Below, in pieces: positions 46,936 to 55,959 of a stretch of 64,000 bases of DNA (position 1 is its first letter; every line of letters starts with the position of its first letter). The notes under the pieces were generated by a model. That model was given only the letters and a program-made list of their open reading frames with translations. It had not been told where the DNA came from and searched no databases. The position numbers were made by a program, and so were the translations under genes. Origin of the DNA: Vulcanimicrobiota bacterium (GTDB lineage: Bacteria; Vulcanimicrobiota; Vulcanimicrobiia; Vulcanimicrobiales; Vulcanimicrobiaceae); the NCBI GenBank assembly GCA_019235995.1, contig JAFAJV010000078.1:108372-172371 (forward strand), written 5' to 3'.

Positions 46936-47823
46936 TCAGGCTCCGGGGAACGCTTGCTCTGCATGGTACGAGCTGCGCGAGAGCGGGCTCGACACGACCT
47001 GATGGAAGCCTTTCCCTTTGGCGATTCTTCCGAGCTCGTCGAATTTCTGCGGCGTGATGAACTCGGCGACCGGCAAGTGCTTCTTGCTTGGCTGCAAGTA
47101 CTGTCCCATGGTGAAGATGTCGACGCCGACGGCGCGCGCGTCGTCCATCGCGGTTTCGATCTCCGCGCCGGTCTCGCCGAGCCCGAGCATGAGCGAGGTC
47201 TTGGTATAGCGCTGCGGCGCGCGGCTCTTCGCGTGGGCGAGCACCTTTAGCGACTGATCGTACCCCGCGCGCTTGTCGCGTACCGACGGCGTGAGGCGCC
47301 TGACGGTCTCGAGGTTGTGCGCGAAGACGTCGGGCTTGGCGTCCATGACGATGTCCACTGCCGCAAGGTCGCCGCGGTAATCGCCGCTCAGGATCTCGAC
47401 GCGCGACCCTGGGACGCGCTCGTGAATCGCGCGCACCGTGTTGGCGAAGATCAGCGCGCCGCCGTCGCAGAGATCGTCGCGATCCACCGCGGTCAGCACG
47501 AGATACCTCCAGCCGAGATCGCGCACGGCTTCGGCGACGCGCATCGGTTCCAGCCAATCGACCTCGCCCCGCGGATTGCCCGTCTTGACGTTGCAGAAGC
47601 GGCAGCCCCGCGTGCAGGTGTCGCCGAGGATCATGATCGTCGCCGTTCCCGCGCCCCAGCACTCCGCCAGATTCGGGCATGCCGCCTCGCGGCACACGGT
47701 GTGTAGCCCGAGCGCGTTCACCTTGGCCTTCACGCGCTCGTACTCGTCCCCGATCGGCAACGACACCCGCAGCCACGGAGGCTTACGCGGCCTCGCGGCG
47801 CCGATCAAGTCGATGGTGGTCAA
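46936..47823 (-). CDS. lipA: Lipoyl synthase
   Basis: CREAACPNLAECW and CTRGCRFC motifs. TTG start overlaps the lipB stop. Confidence 0.9.
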   Translation of the reverse strand: MTTIDLIGAARPRKPPWLRVSLPIGDEYERVKAKVNALGLHTVCREAACPNLAECWGAGTATIMILGDTCTRGCRFCNVKTGNPRGEVDWLEPMRVAEAVRDLGWRYLVLTAVDRDDLCDGGALIFANTVRAIHERVPGSRVEILSGDYRGDLAAVDIVMDAKPDVFAHNLETVRRLTPSVRDKRAGYDQSLKVLAHAKSRAPQRYTKTSLMLGLGETGAEIETAMDDARAVGVDIFTMGQYLQPSKKHLPVAEFITPQKFDELGRIAKGKGFHQVVSSPLSRSSYHAEQAFPGA

Positions 47824-48485
47824 GCTACCGCCTGGTACTGCGACGGAGTGAATTCGACATCGAACGTGCGTCCAAGATCTTCCAGCAGGCCGCGCTTTGC
47901 GAGTTCCACCGGGACCGTGCTGCCGCTCTCGGCGGAGAGCGAGGTGATGCCGCGGTCGCGCATGCCGCAGGGGTTGATGAGCCGGTCGTAGTCGAGGCGC
48001 GTGGAGACGTTGAGCGCGATGCCGTGCAGCGTCACCATCGCGCGAACGGCAAGGCCGACCGCGCAGATTTGGTTGAGGCCGACCCACACGCCGGCGTGCT
48101 CGGAGCGGCGCTCGCCGCGCACGCCGAAGCGCGAGCAGGTGTCGATCACCGCAGCCTCGAGGGCGCGCACGAGCGGGACGACCTCGCGGAAGCGCCGCAT
48201 CCTTCGGATGGGGTAGACCACGAGCTGTCCCGGCCCGTGGTAGGTGACGTCGCCGCCCCGTTCGATCGCGACGCGGTCCACGCCCAGCCGCGCCAGCTCT
48301 TCCTCGCTCACGAGCAGGTTCTCACGCTTGGCTTGCCGGCCGAGCGTGATCACGGGCAGATGTTCGACGACGATCCACGTGTCGGGTTCGCGCCCCAAGC
48401 GGACGGCCTCGTGCACGCGGTGCTGGAGATCCCACACCTCACGATATCCACGCACGCCCAGATCGAGCAATCGCGCCCGCATCAT
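47820..48485 (-). CDS. lipB: Octanoyltransferase
   Basis: RGGDVTYHGPGQLVVYP motif. Confidence 0.9.
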   Translation of the reverse strand: MMRARLLDLGVRGYREVWDLQHRVHEAVRLGREPDTWIVVEHLPVITLGRQAKRENLLVSEEELARLGVDRVAIERGGDVTYHGPGQLVVYPIRRMRRFREVVPLVRALEAAVIDTCSRFGVRGERRSEHAGVWVGLNQICAVGLAVRAMVTLHGIALNVSTRLDYDRLINPCGMRDRGITSLSAESGSTVPVELAKRGLLEDLGRTFDVEFTPSQYQAVA

Positions 48486-48492
48486 TTATCCT

Positions 48493-49971
48493 TCAAACCT
48501 TTGCGGGCACCGGCGGCTTCGGTTTGGGGTTGAGGATGTGGATCGCCTTGCCGTGCGCCGCCTCCGACGCATCCATGATGCCCTCGGTCAGCGTGGGGTG
48601 CGGATGCACGGAGAGGCCGATATCCTCGAGGGTCGCGCCCATCTCGAGCGCCATCACGCCCTCGCCGATCAGCGACTCGGCCTGCGGTGCGACGATGTGC
48701 ATGCCGAGCAGTAGGTCGCTCTTCGCATCGCCGACGAGCTTGATCAGCCCTTCGGTCTCGTTCATCGTGCGCGCGCGCCCGCTGGCGGTAAGCGGAAACT
48801 TCCCGATGCGCACCTCGTAGCCGCCGGCCTTCGCCTCTTCTTCCGAAAGGCCGACGGTCGCGACCTCTGGGTCGGTGTAGATGCAGTTCGGAACGGCGAC
48901 GGGGTCGAACGCCGCCGACTTGTCGCCGTTGATCACCTCGGCGGCGACGACGCCCTGCTTCATCGCGCGGTGCGCGAGCAGCGGAGCGCCGGTGACGTCA
49001 CCGATCGCGAAGATGTTGGAAACCTTCGTGCGCTGCTGACGATCCGTCGCGATGAATCCGCGCTCGTCGGTGGCTAGGCCGGCGGCGTCCAAGCCGAGCT
49101 TGTCGGTGACGGGTCTGCGCCCGACGGCGACGAGCACCATATCGAAATCGCGCGCGTCGTCGGAACCTGCCCTGAGCGAAGTCGAAGGGCCGCCGGTTTC
49201 CTCACCATCGATCGTCGCGCGCACGGCGTTGCCGCGTTTTTCAAGCGCGCCTACCTTGGTGTTGAGCATGATCTCGATGCCCTGCTTCTTCAAAATGCGC
49301 CCGAGCGTCTTGCCGATCTCGGCGTCGGTTCCGGTAATGATCTGCGGCATCATCTCGACGACGAGTACCTCCGCGCCGAGACGCGCGTACACCGTCGCGA
49401 ACTCCAGGCCGATCACGCCGCCGCCGATGACCAAAAGCTTTTTTGGAATGCGCGCGAGGCCCACCGCGTCATCGGAGTTGATGATCGTCTCCCCGTCCCG
49501 CGGCCATGCCTTGACGTCGACCGGCGCGGAGCCCGTGGCGATCACCACGTACTTTGCGGTGACCTTCGCGCTGCCGCCGTCCTTCGTCTTGACGGCGATC
49601 TCGTTCGCGCTTCGCAATGTCGCCTCGCCGGCCAAAAACTCCACGCCGTTCGCCTTGAACAGCGTCTTCACGCCTCCCACGTTCGCGTTCACGACGTCGC
49701 TCTTGAATTTCGCGACCGTCTCGCGCTCGATCTCGGCCTTCGGCACCTTGAGGCCGAGCGAGCCGGCGCGCTCGATGTGCCGGATCACCTCGCCGACGTG
49801 CAAGAGCGCCTTGGTGGGGATGCAGCCCCAGTTGAGACAGACGCCGCCAATCTCGTCGCGGTCGATGCAGATGACCTTCTTTCCGAGCTGGCCGAGACGG
49901 ATGGCGGCGTGATAGCCGCCGGGACCGGCGCCAATGACCGCGACGTCAACCTGGTGTTCTGCAGTGCTCAT
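48493..49971 (-). CDS. lpdA: Dihydrolipoyl dehydrogenase
   Basis: VIGAGPGGY and GGVCLNWGCIPTK motifs. Start trimmed to ATG 49971. Confidence 0.9.
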   Translation of the reverse strand: MSTAEHQVDVAVIGAGPGGYHAAIRLGQLGKKVICIDRDEIGGVCLNWGCIPTKALLHVGEVIRHIERAGSLGLKVPKAEIERETVAKFKSDVVNANVGGVKTLFKANGVEFLAGEATLRSANEIAVKTKDGGSAKVTAKYVVIATGSAPVDVKAWPRDGETIINSDDAVGLARIPKKLLVIGGGVIGLEFATVYARLGAEVLVVEMMPQIITGTDAEIGKTLGRILKKQGIEIMLNTKVGALEKRGNAVRATIDGEETGGPSTSLRAGSDDARDFDMVLVAVGRRPVTDKLGLDAAGLATDERGFIATDRQQRTKVSNIFAIGDVTGAPLLAHRAMKQGVVAAEVINGDKSAAFDPVAVPNCIYTDPEVATVGLSEEEAKAGGYEVRIGKFPLTASGRARTMNETEGLIKLVGDAKSDLLLGMHIVAPQAESLIGEGVMALEMGATLEDIGLSVHPHPTLTEGIMDASEAAHGKAIHILNPKPKPPVPAKV

Positions 49972-50032
49972 GGCGCCAGGCTTCGCCGGGACGGAAGCGT
50001 TCCCCAGGAAGATTCGCGAAATGGAATCATCC

Positions 50033-51496
50033 ATGTCGAGGATTGGATGGGCGGGAATCCTGCCGGAGCTCGACCGCGATTCCATCGTTCCGCTGTATCG
50101 GCAAATCTACGAGCACCTCCGCGAGGCGATCCTGGCCGGAACGCTGCCCGAGTCCACGCGCTTGCCGCCCGAACGCACGATGGCGGAGCGCCTTTCCGTG
50201 AACCGGAGCACGATCGTCCATGCCTACCGCGAGCTGGTTGGCGAGGGACTGATCGAGCAGCGGGTCGGCTCCGGCTCACGCGTCGTGCCGCAGCTGCGCG
50301 GAGGGCAGCCCGAGCGAGCGGCCGGCGTGCCGTGGTGGGTCACGCTCCCGCCGTGGCGGGTCGGTGAATTCCCCAACGTGCTCGGCGAGCTCGCGGCCAA
50401 GCACGAGGCCGGACGCATCTCGTTCGTGCAGGGCGTCGCGCCCGACGAGCCGTCGCCGCTCGCAGAGCTTGCAAAGTCGTTCGCGCGCGTCGCGCGCGAT
50501 CCGCGTTTCGTGCTCTCCTACGGCGACTCGGAGGGTTACGAACCGCTGCGCGCCGCCATCGCGGCACGCATGAACGCGCGCGGTGCCGCGTCGATCGCGC
50601 CCGGCAGCGTCATCGTGCTAACGGGCTCCACTCAGGGCATCGCGATCGTCGCGCAGAGCCTCGCCGAGCCGGGCGACGAGATCATCGTCGAATCGCCGTC
50701 CTATCCCGGCGCGCTCCAGGTCTTTCAGATCAACGGGCTGCGCGCGATTCCCGTCACCGTCGACGACGAAGGAATGCGCGTCGATCATATCGAGGCGATC
50801 CTGCGCACGCGTCGGCCTCGCTTCATCTACACGATGCCATCGCTGCACAATCCGACGAATGCGAGAATGAACGAGGACCGCCGCGAACGCCTGGCGACGA
50901 TCGCGCGGCGCGCCGGCGTGCCGATCGTCGAAGACGACCCCTACGGTCCGCTCGGGCCGCCGGGAACGCCGCTCGTCGCGCTCGCGCCGGACCACGTCGT
51001 CTACATCTCGACGTTCTCTAAGACGATCGCGCCCAGCTTGCGCGTCGGTTGGCTCGCCGCGCCGCGGACGGTCCTCGAGCGGCTGCTGCTCCGCAAGCAG
51101 GCGTACGACATGGCGACGAGCCTCTACGTCCAGGCGGCTGTGGTCGACTATCTGGAGCGCGGCTACGACGCCCATGTGGAGCAGCTACGTAACGAGCTGC
51201 TCGTGCGGCGAACGATCGCCGATGACGCCATCGCGGAGCATTGGCCCGCGAGCCTGAAGGTGAGCCGTCCAGCCGGCGGATTCTACCTCTGGACGTCCAC
51301 GCCGCGCGAGCTGCGTGCCCGCGCGCTCCTGGACGCGTCAGAACGGCTGGGGGCATCGTTTCTCTTCGGTGAGGCGTTCTTTGCCAACGCCGGCGGCGAT
51401 CACTATTTTCGCCTCGCGCTGACCGCCGTGGCTCGCAGCGAGATTGCCGAAGGCATCCGGCGCATCGGCAAAGCGATCAAGAGCCTGCGCTCCTAA
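50033..51496 (+). CDS. MocR-type regulator (GntR wHTH fused to aminotransferase-like domain)
   Basis: N-terminus PLYRQIYEHLREAI...RLPPERTMAERLSVNRSTIVHAY; PLP lysine context STFSKTIAPSLRVGW. An alternative ATG lies at 50021. Confidence 0.85.
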   Translation: MSRIGWAGILPELDRDSIVPLYRQIYEHLREAILAGTLPESTRLPPERTMAERLSVNRSTIVHAYRELVGEGLIEQRVGSGSRVVPQLRGGQPERAAGVPWWVTLPPWRVGEFPNVLGELAAKHEAGRISFVQGVAPDEPSPLAELAKSFARVARDPRFVLSYGDSEGYEPLRAAIAARMNARGAASIAPGSVIVLTGSTQGIAIVAQSLAEPGDEIIVESPSYPGALQVFQINGLRAIPVTVDDEGMRVDHIEAILRTRRPRFIYTMPSLHNPTNARMNEDRRERLATIARRAGVPIVEDDPYGPLGPPGTPLVALAPDHVVYISTFSKTIAPSLRVGWLAAPRTVLERLLLRKQAYDMATSLYVQAAVVDYLERGYDAHVEQLRNELLVRRTIADDAIAEHWPASLKVSRPAGGFYLWTSTPRELRARALLDASERLGASFLFGEAFFANAGGDHYFRLALTAVARSEIAEGIRRIGKAIKSLRS

Positions 51497-52182
51497 CCCT
51501 TAGCCTTGCGCGTAATCCTCTTGGCGATGATGGCGGGCGTCGGGCAGATGTGGTTGACCGGACACTGCGGACACTTTGGCGTGGGCGCCTTGCAAACGGC
51601 GCGGCCGTGCAGGATGAGCCAATGCGTCGCGTCGCCCCACTTGTCCGCTGGCACGAGCGCCGTGACGTCTTCCTCCACTTGACGCGGCGTCTTGCCGAGC
51701 GTGAGGCCGAGCCGATGCGCTACTCGGAAGACGTGCGTGTCTACCGCCAGCGCCGCCTCGCGAAACGCCGCCGCCATCACGACGCTCGCCGTCTTGCGAC
51801 CGACGCCGGCCAGCGATTCCAGCGCCTCGCGCTCCCGCGGCACCGTGCCGCCGAAGCGCTCGACCAGATCGCGCGCGCAAGCGATGATGTTCTTGGCTTT
51901 CATGCGGAAGAAGCCGCATGACTTGATGATCGTCTCGACGTCGGTTTGGCGAGCGCGTGCGAGCTTCTCGGGTGTGGGATATTTGGCAAAGAGTTTGGGA
52001 GTCGTCATGTTGACGCGTGCGTCGGTGCACTGAGCCGAGAGGATGACCGCGACGAGCAACTCGTATTCGCTACGATACTCGAGCGCGGTAACCGGGTTCG
52101 GGTACGCCTGCTCGAGGATAGCGAGCTCCTCGACCGCGACCTTTCGGGGTACTTTCTTCTTCGGAAACGGGATTGCTGGCAC
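51493..52182 (-). CDS. nth: Endonuclease III
   Basis: HhH LAGVGRKTASVV and Fe-S motif CKAPTPKCPQCPVNHIC. Confidence 0.9.
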   Translation of the reverse strand: MPAIPFPKKKVPRKVAVEELAILEQAYPNPVTALEYRSEYELLVAVILSAQCTDARVNMTTPKLFAKYPTPEKLARARQTDVETIIKSCGFFRMKAKNIIACARDLVERFGGTVPREREALESLAGVGRKTASVVMAAAFREAALAVDTHVFRVAHRLGLTLGKTPRQVEEDVTALVPADKWGDATHWLILHGRAVCKAPTPKCPQCPVNHICPTPAIIAKRITRKAKG

Positions 52183-52188
52183 GCGGGG

Positions 52189-53100
52189 TCATTCGCGCAG
52201 CGCGATGCCGTCTCCGTCGCTAGTGACGAGCCCGTCGCGCTCCAGCGCCCGCACGAATTCTCGCACGTCGTCGACGCTGCGCTCCGGTATCACTGGAGCG
52301 ACGGCCCGATGCAGGTCGAGCAGGGAGATGCGGCGCCCGGGAGGCAGGTCGCGGAGCCGGTCGACGATGCGGCCGCGCGCATAGCGCGTCGTGCGCTTGA
52401 ACGGCAACGCCCCTTCGACGGAGCCTGGTCTGAGCGGAGTCGAACGGCGAAGCTGCGCGGGCTCGATCGGCGCCGCGGCGCAATCTACGCGCAGTGGGCA
52501 TTTACCGCATTGAGGCGAGCGGGCCGTGCAGACCGCCGCGCCGAGATCCATGAGCGCGGAGTTCCAATCGTGCGCGCGCCCCGGCGGGACGAGCGCGCGA
52601 GCGCGCTCCGCCAGCTCCCGCGCGGTCGCACGGGGCGGGTGCTCGACGCCGAGGCCCAGGCGATGCAAGACGCGTCGCACGTTGGTGTCGACCGGCGCGT
52701 CATCGATGTTGAAAGCGAACGCGCGAATCGCCGCCGCGGTGTACGGCCCGACGCCGGGCAGCCCTCGCAGCGCCGCGCCGTCGCGCGGGAGCATGCCGCC
52801 GTGCCGTTCGACGACGACCTTCGCCAGGTGCTGCACGCGAACCGCGCGCGAGTTGTAGCCGAGCCCCTTCCACTCGCGCAGGACATCGGCCGCCGAGGCT
52901 CGCGCGAGCGCGGCGAAATCCGGGAAGCGCTCGACGAACGCCTCGAACTTCGGCACGACGCGCTCCACCTGCGTCTGCGCCAGCATGAACTCGCTGATCA
53001 CTGTGCGATATGGATCGCGCAGTGCGCGCCACGGCAGGTTCGCGCGCCCGTGCCGCTCGTACCATCGCAGCAACCGCCGCTGCACCCTTAGCGGTGTCAT
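52189..53100 (-). CDS. mutY: A/G-specific adenine glycosylase (MutY family)
   Basis: LLRWYERHGRANLPWR, LPGVGPYTAAAI and CTARSPQCGKCPLRVDC motifs. The ATG at 53100 lies inside a dispersed repeat, so GTG 53085 is an alternative start. Confidence 0.8.
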   Translation of the reverse strand: MTPLRVQRRLLRWYERHGRANLPWRALRDPYRTVISEFMLAQTQVERVVPKFEAFVERFPDFAALARASAADVLREWKGLGYNSRAVRVQHLAKVVVERHGGMLPRDGAALRGLPGVGPYTAAAIRAFAFNIDDAPVDTNVRRVLHRLGLGVEHPPRATARELAERARALVPPGRAHDWNSALMDLGAAVCTARSPQCGKCPLRVDCAAAPIEPAQLRRSTPLRPGSVEGALPFKRTTRYARGRIVDRLRDLPPGRRISLLDLHRAVAPVIPERSVDDVREFVRALERDGLVTSDGDGIALRE

Positions 53101-53119
53101 CCTGAGGTCGTCGAAGGAT
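53092..53119. repeat. Single unit of the GTCATCCTGAG...GTCGAAGGA repeat
   Basis: The sequence cggtgtcatcctgaggtcgtcgaaggat fills the whole gap between the phosphoesterase stop and the mutY start. Confidence 0.65.
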
Positions 53120-54483
53120 TAGAAATCGTCGTCGGAATTTTTGTCAGAGGGCGGCGCGTTGAGGAAGTAGCTCGCCGGCAGCGCGGCTGGAATCGTCTCG
53201 AACTTACGCGGCGCGCGAGCGAAGTTGAAGCAGTCCGACAGGTCGTCCGCGCGGACGTCGGTCGTGCCAAGCGACGGCAGGCCGAACGTCTTCTCGGCGA
53301 ACTTCAAAATGCTGCCGAACTCGTGCTGCTTGCGCGATATGTAGCCCGCGCGCGCGTAAGGAGAGACGACGACCAGCGGTACGCGGAACCCTAACTCGTA
53401 GCTATTGTACTGCGGCGGCTTCACGTGATCGTACCATCCGCCCCAATCGTCCCACGTGATGAAGATCGCGGTATTGTCCCAATATTTGCTGTGGCCGATC
53501 GCATTGACCACCGAGGCGACCCAAGAGGGGCCCGATCCGTCGGTCTGTCCCGCATGATCCGACGATTTGGCCGAGGGCGTGACCCAAACGACGTTGGCGA
53601 GCTTCTCGTGCGAGATATCCGTGAGCACTTGCGACGACGGGGCGACGACGTCGGTTGCATATTCGCGGCTGAACCGTACGTGCCGGATCGCATCGGGCCC
53701 GCTCCAAAGGCCGGGCCCGAGATGCTCTTGGTAGTAGTGCCAGGTCAAGCCCTTCGCCGCTTCCACGAGATCGATCAGCGCGTGCCGATCGAAGCATGGG
53801 AAAACCCTGCGGTTTTCGTTTCCCGCCGCGTCGATCGTCCACACGCGGGAACCCGCGGGCGAGTCGCACCCGCCGGTGAACTTGCGTTGCGGCGTGTAAG
53901 CGTTCTCCGCGGCTCGGAGCGCCGACCCGTTGCGGATCGTCGACGTTCCGCTCAAGATGTACTGGTGTGCCGGCAAGCTCGGACCCTCGTTCGTTTGGAA
54001 CATTCGATTGGCAAAAGCATAACGCTCCGCCATGATGAAGTACGGCTCGACTTCGTGCCGGGGCACGTACCCGTAGGCTCGGATATCGGGCGGTGGGCAC
54101 GTGGCTCCTTTCTTGCAAACGGAGACGACGTTGTTGAAGCCGTCGAGCCTGCCGTTGTCGTACTCCACCTCGAATGCATCATGTTTGTGGCTGATGTCGT
54201 ATGGCGCGGTGAGGGGCTCCGGAAGCAATTTGACGGTCTGCCCAAACGAATTCTTTCCCTCGCGCACGGTGTCGGCCCCGCGCAAGCCGTTGAAGAGATC
54301 GTCCGGAGTGCGATTCTCCTGAAAGATGATGACGACGTGCGTGATCTTACCATCGCCCAAGAGCAGACGGCTCGCGCTGCCTTGAACCGGTACCGCCGCA
54401 AAGGGAATTGACGCGTTCGGCTGCTGACCGCATCCCGCGGATAAAGCAAGCGCGCCGGCGAGGAGAAGCTCTAGCTTTTTCAA
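53119..54483 (-). CDS. Phosphoesterase family lipoprotein (phospholipase C / AcpA-type acid phosphatase)
   Basis: Lipobox LSAGCG. HVVIIFQENRTPDDLFNG, DHAGQTDGSGPSW and ITWDDWGGWYDHV motifs. Confidence 0.8.
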   Translation of the reverse strand: MKKLELLLAGALALSAGCGQQPNASIPFAAVPVQGSASRLLLGDGKITHVVIIFQENRTPDDLFNGLRGADTVREGKNSFGQTVKLLPEPLTAPYDISHKHDAFEVEYDNGRLDGFNNVVSVCKKGATCPPPDIRAYGYVPRHEVEPYFIMAERYAFANRMFQTNEGPSLPAHQYILSGTSTIRNGSALRAAENAYTPQRKFTGGCDSPAGSRVWTIDAAGNENRRVFPCFDRHALIDLVEAAKGLTWHYYQEHLGPGLWSGPDAIRHVRFSREYATDVVAPSSQVLTDISHEKLANVVWVTPSAKSSDHAGQTDGSGPSWVASVVNAIGHSKYWDNTAIFITWDDWGGWYDHVKPPQYNSYELGFRVPLVVVSPYARAGYISRKQHEFGSILKFAEKTFGLPSLGTTDVRADDLSDCFNFARAPRKFETIPAALPASYFLNAPPSDKNSDDDF

Positions 54484-54495
54484 TATGCCGATATC

Positions 54496-55905
54496 CTAAA
54501 AGTCGTCGTCCGGGCTCTCGTTCGAGGCCGGCTGGTTGAGGAAGTAACTCGCGGGCAGCTTGGCGGGAATCGTCTTGAACTTGCGCGGCGTCCGCGCGAA
54601 GTTGAAGCAGTCCGACAGGTCGTCGGCGCGGACGTCGGTCGTGCCGAGCGACCCGAGTCCGAGCGCCTCCTCCGTGAACTTCAAGATGCTGCCGAACTCG
54701 TGCTGCTTGTGCGATATATAACCCCCGCGCGCGTACGCGGAGACGACGATCAACGGCACGCGGAATCCCAGCTCGTAGCTATTGTACTGCGGCGGCTTCA
54801 CGTGATCGTACCATCCGCCCCAATCGTCCCACGTGACGAAGATCGCGGTGTCGTCCCAATACTTGCTCCTGCCGATCGCGTTGACGACGGAGGCGACCCA
54901 GGAGGGACCCGATCCGTTCGTGTTGCCGGCGTGATCGGAGGCCTTTCCCGTCGGCGTCACCCACGCGACGTCGGCTAGGTCCCCGCTCGCAACGTCTTTG
55001 AGTACCTGCGCCGGCGGCGCGACGACGTTCTTCGCATATTCCAGACCGAAGCGAATGTGGCGAATGGCGTCCGGTCCGTTCCACAAGCCCGGCGCGACGT
55101 TTCCTAGGTAGTAACGCCACGTGAGCGATTTGGCTTCCACGAGATCGGATAGCGCGGGCCGGTTGAAGCACGGGTAGGCTTCGCTGTTTTCCCCTCCCCC
55201 GGCGTCGATCAGAACCACCAGCGAGCCCTTCGGCGAGTCGCAGCCGCCGGTCAGGGTTTGATTCGCGGCGTACGGATTCTCCGACGCGCGAAACGACGAG
55301 CCGGCCCTGATGGTCGAGGTCCCGCTCAAGATGTATTGATGTGCGGGGAAGCTCGGCCCCTCGTTCGTCTGGAACATGCGATCGCCGAACACGTACTGCT
55401 CCGCCATCGTAAAGTACGGCTCGACTTCCGTGCGCGGCACGTAGGCGTACGCGCGAGTGTATTTCAACGTGCATTGGCTGTGGCCGCAGTTGGATCGCTC
55501 GAGGTTGAAACCGTCCATGAGCCCGTTGTCGTACTCGACGACAAAGGCCCGGTGCTCGTGGTCCACGTCGTACTTCGCCGTGAGCGATACGGGCTGCAGC
55601 TTGACGTGTTGGCCGGCGGAGTTCAGGCCGAAGCGCTTGGTGTCCGCTCCGGGCAGGCCGTTGAAAAGATCGTCGGGAGTGCGATTTTCTTGAAAAATGA
55701 TGACGACGTGTTTAATCTTTCCCTTGCCGAGCAATAACGGGTTCGCCGATCCGAACGACGCCGCACCCTGCATCGCACCGGAATGCGGCGACAGGGCGGG
55801 AGTCAGCCCCTGATAAGAGCTTCGATTGGCGCTCGGCGTAACGCAACTCGCGACGAAAACAAATACAAGACTTACGAAGAGCTGCCCCTTTCGCACCCCT
55901 GGCAT
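54496..55905 (-). CDS. Phosphoesterase family lipoprotein (tandem paralogue)
   Basis: Lipobox FVASC and the same motif set (HVVIIFQENRTPDDLFNG, VTWDDWGGWYDHV). Confidence 0.8.
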   Translation of the reverse strand: MPGVRKGQLFVSLVFVFVASCVTPSANRSSYQGLTPALSPHSGAMQGAASFGSANPLLLGKGKIKHVVIIFQENRTPDDLFNGLPGADTKRFGLNSAGQHVKLQPVSLTAKYDVDHEHRAFVVEYDNGLMDGFNLERSNCGHSQCTLKYTRAYAYVPRTEVEPYFTMAEQYVFGDRMFQTNEGPSFPAHQYILSGTSTIRAGSSFRASENPYAANQTLTGGCDSPKGSLVVLIDAGGGENSEAYPCFNRPALSDLVEAKSLTWRYYLGNVAPGLWNGPDAIRHIRFGLEYAKNVVAPPAQVLKDVASGDLADVAWVTPTGKASDHAGNTNGSGPSWVASVVNAIGRSKYWDDTAIFVTWDDWGGWYDHVKPPQYNSYELGFRVPLIVVSAYARGGYISHKQHEFGSILKFTEEALGLGSLGTTDVRADDLSDCFNFARTPRKFKTIPAKLPASYFLNQPASNESPDDDF

Positions 55906-55959
55906 ACCTCCGAGCCCAAGCTTACGCGTTCGGCGTCGCTTTCCCCGCGGCCAGGCGAC

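Noticed and set aside
50033-51496. MocR regulator as PdxR controlling pdxST
   Set aside because: It is 27 kb from pdxST and divergent from lpdA instead. The family is large, so no specific assignment is possible from sequence.
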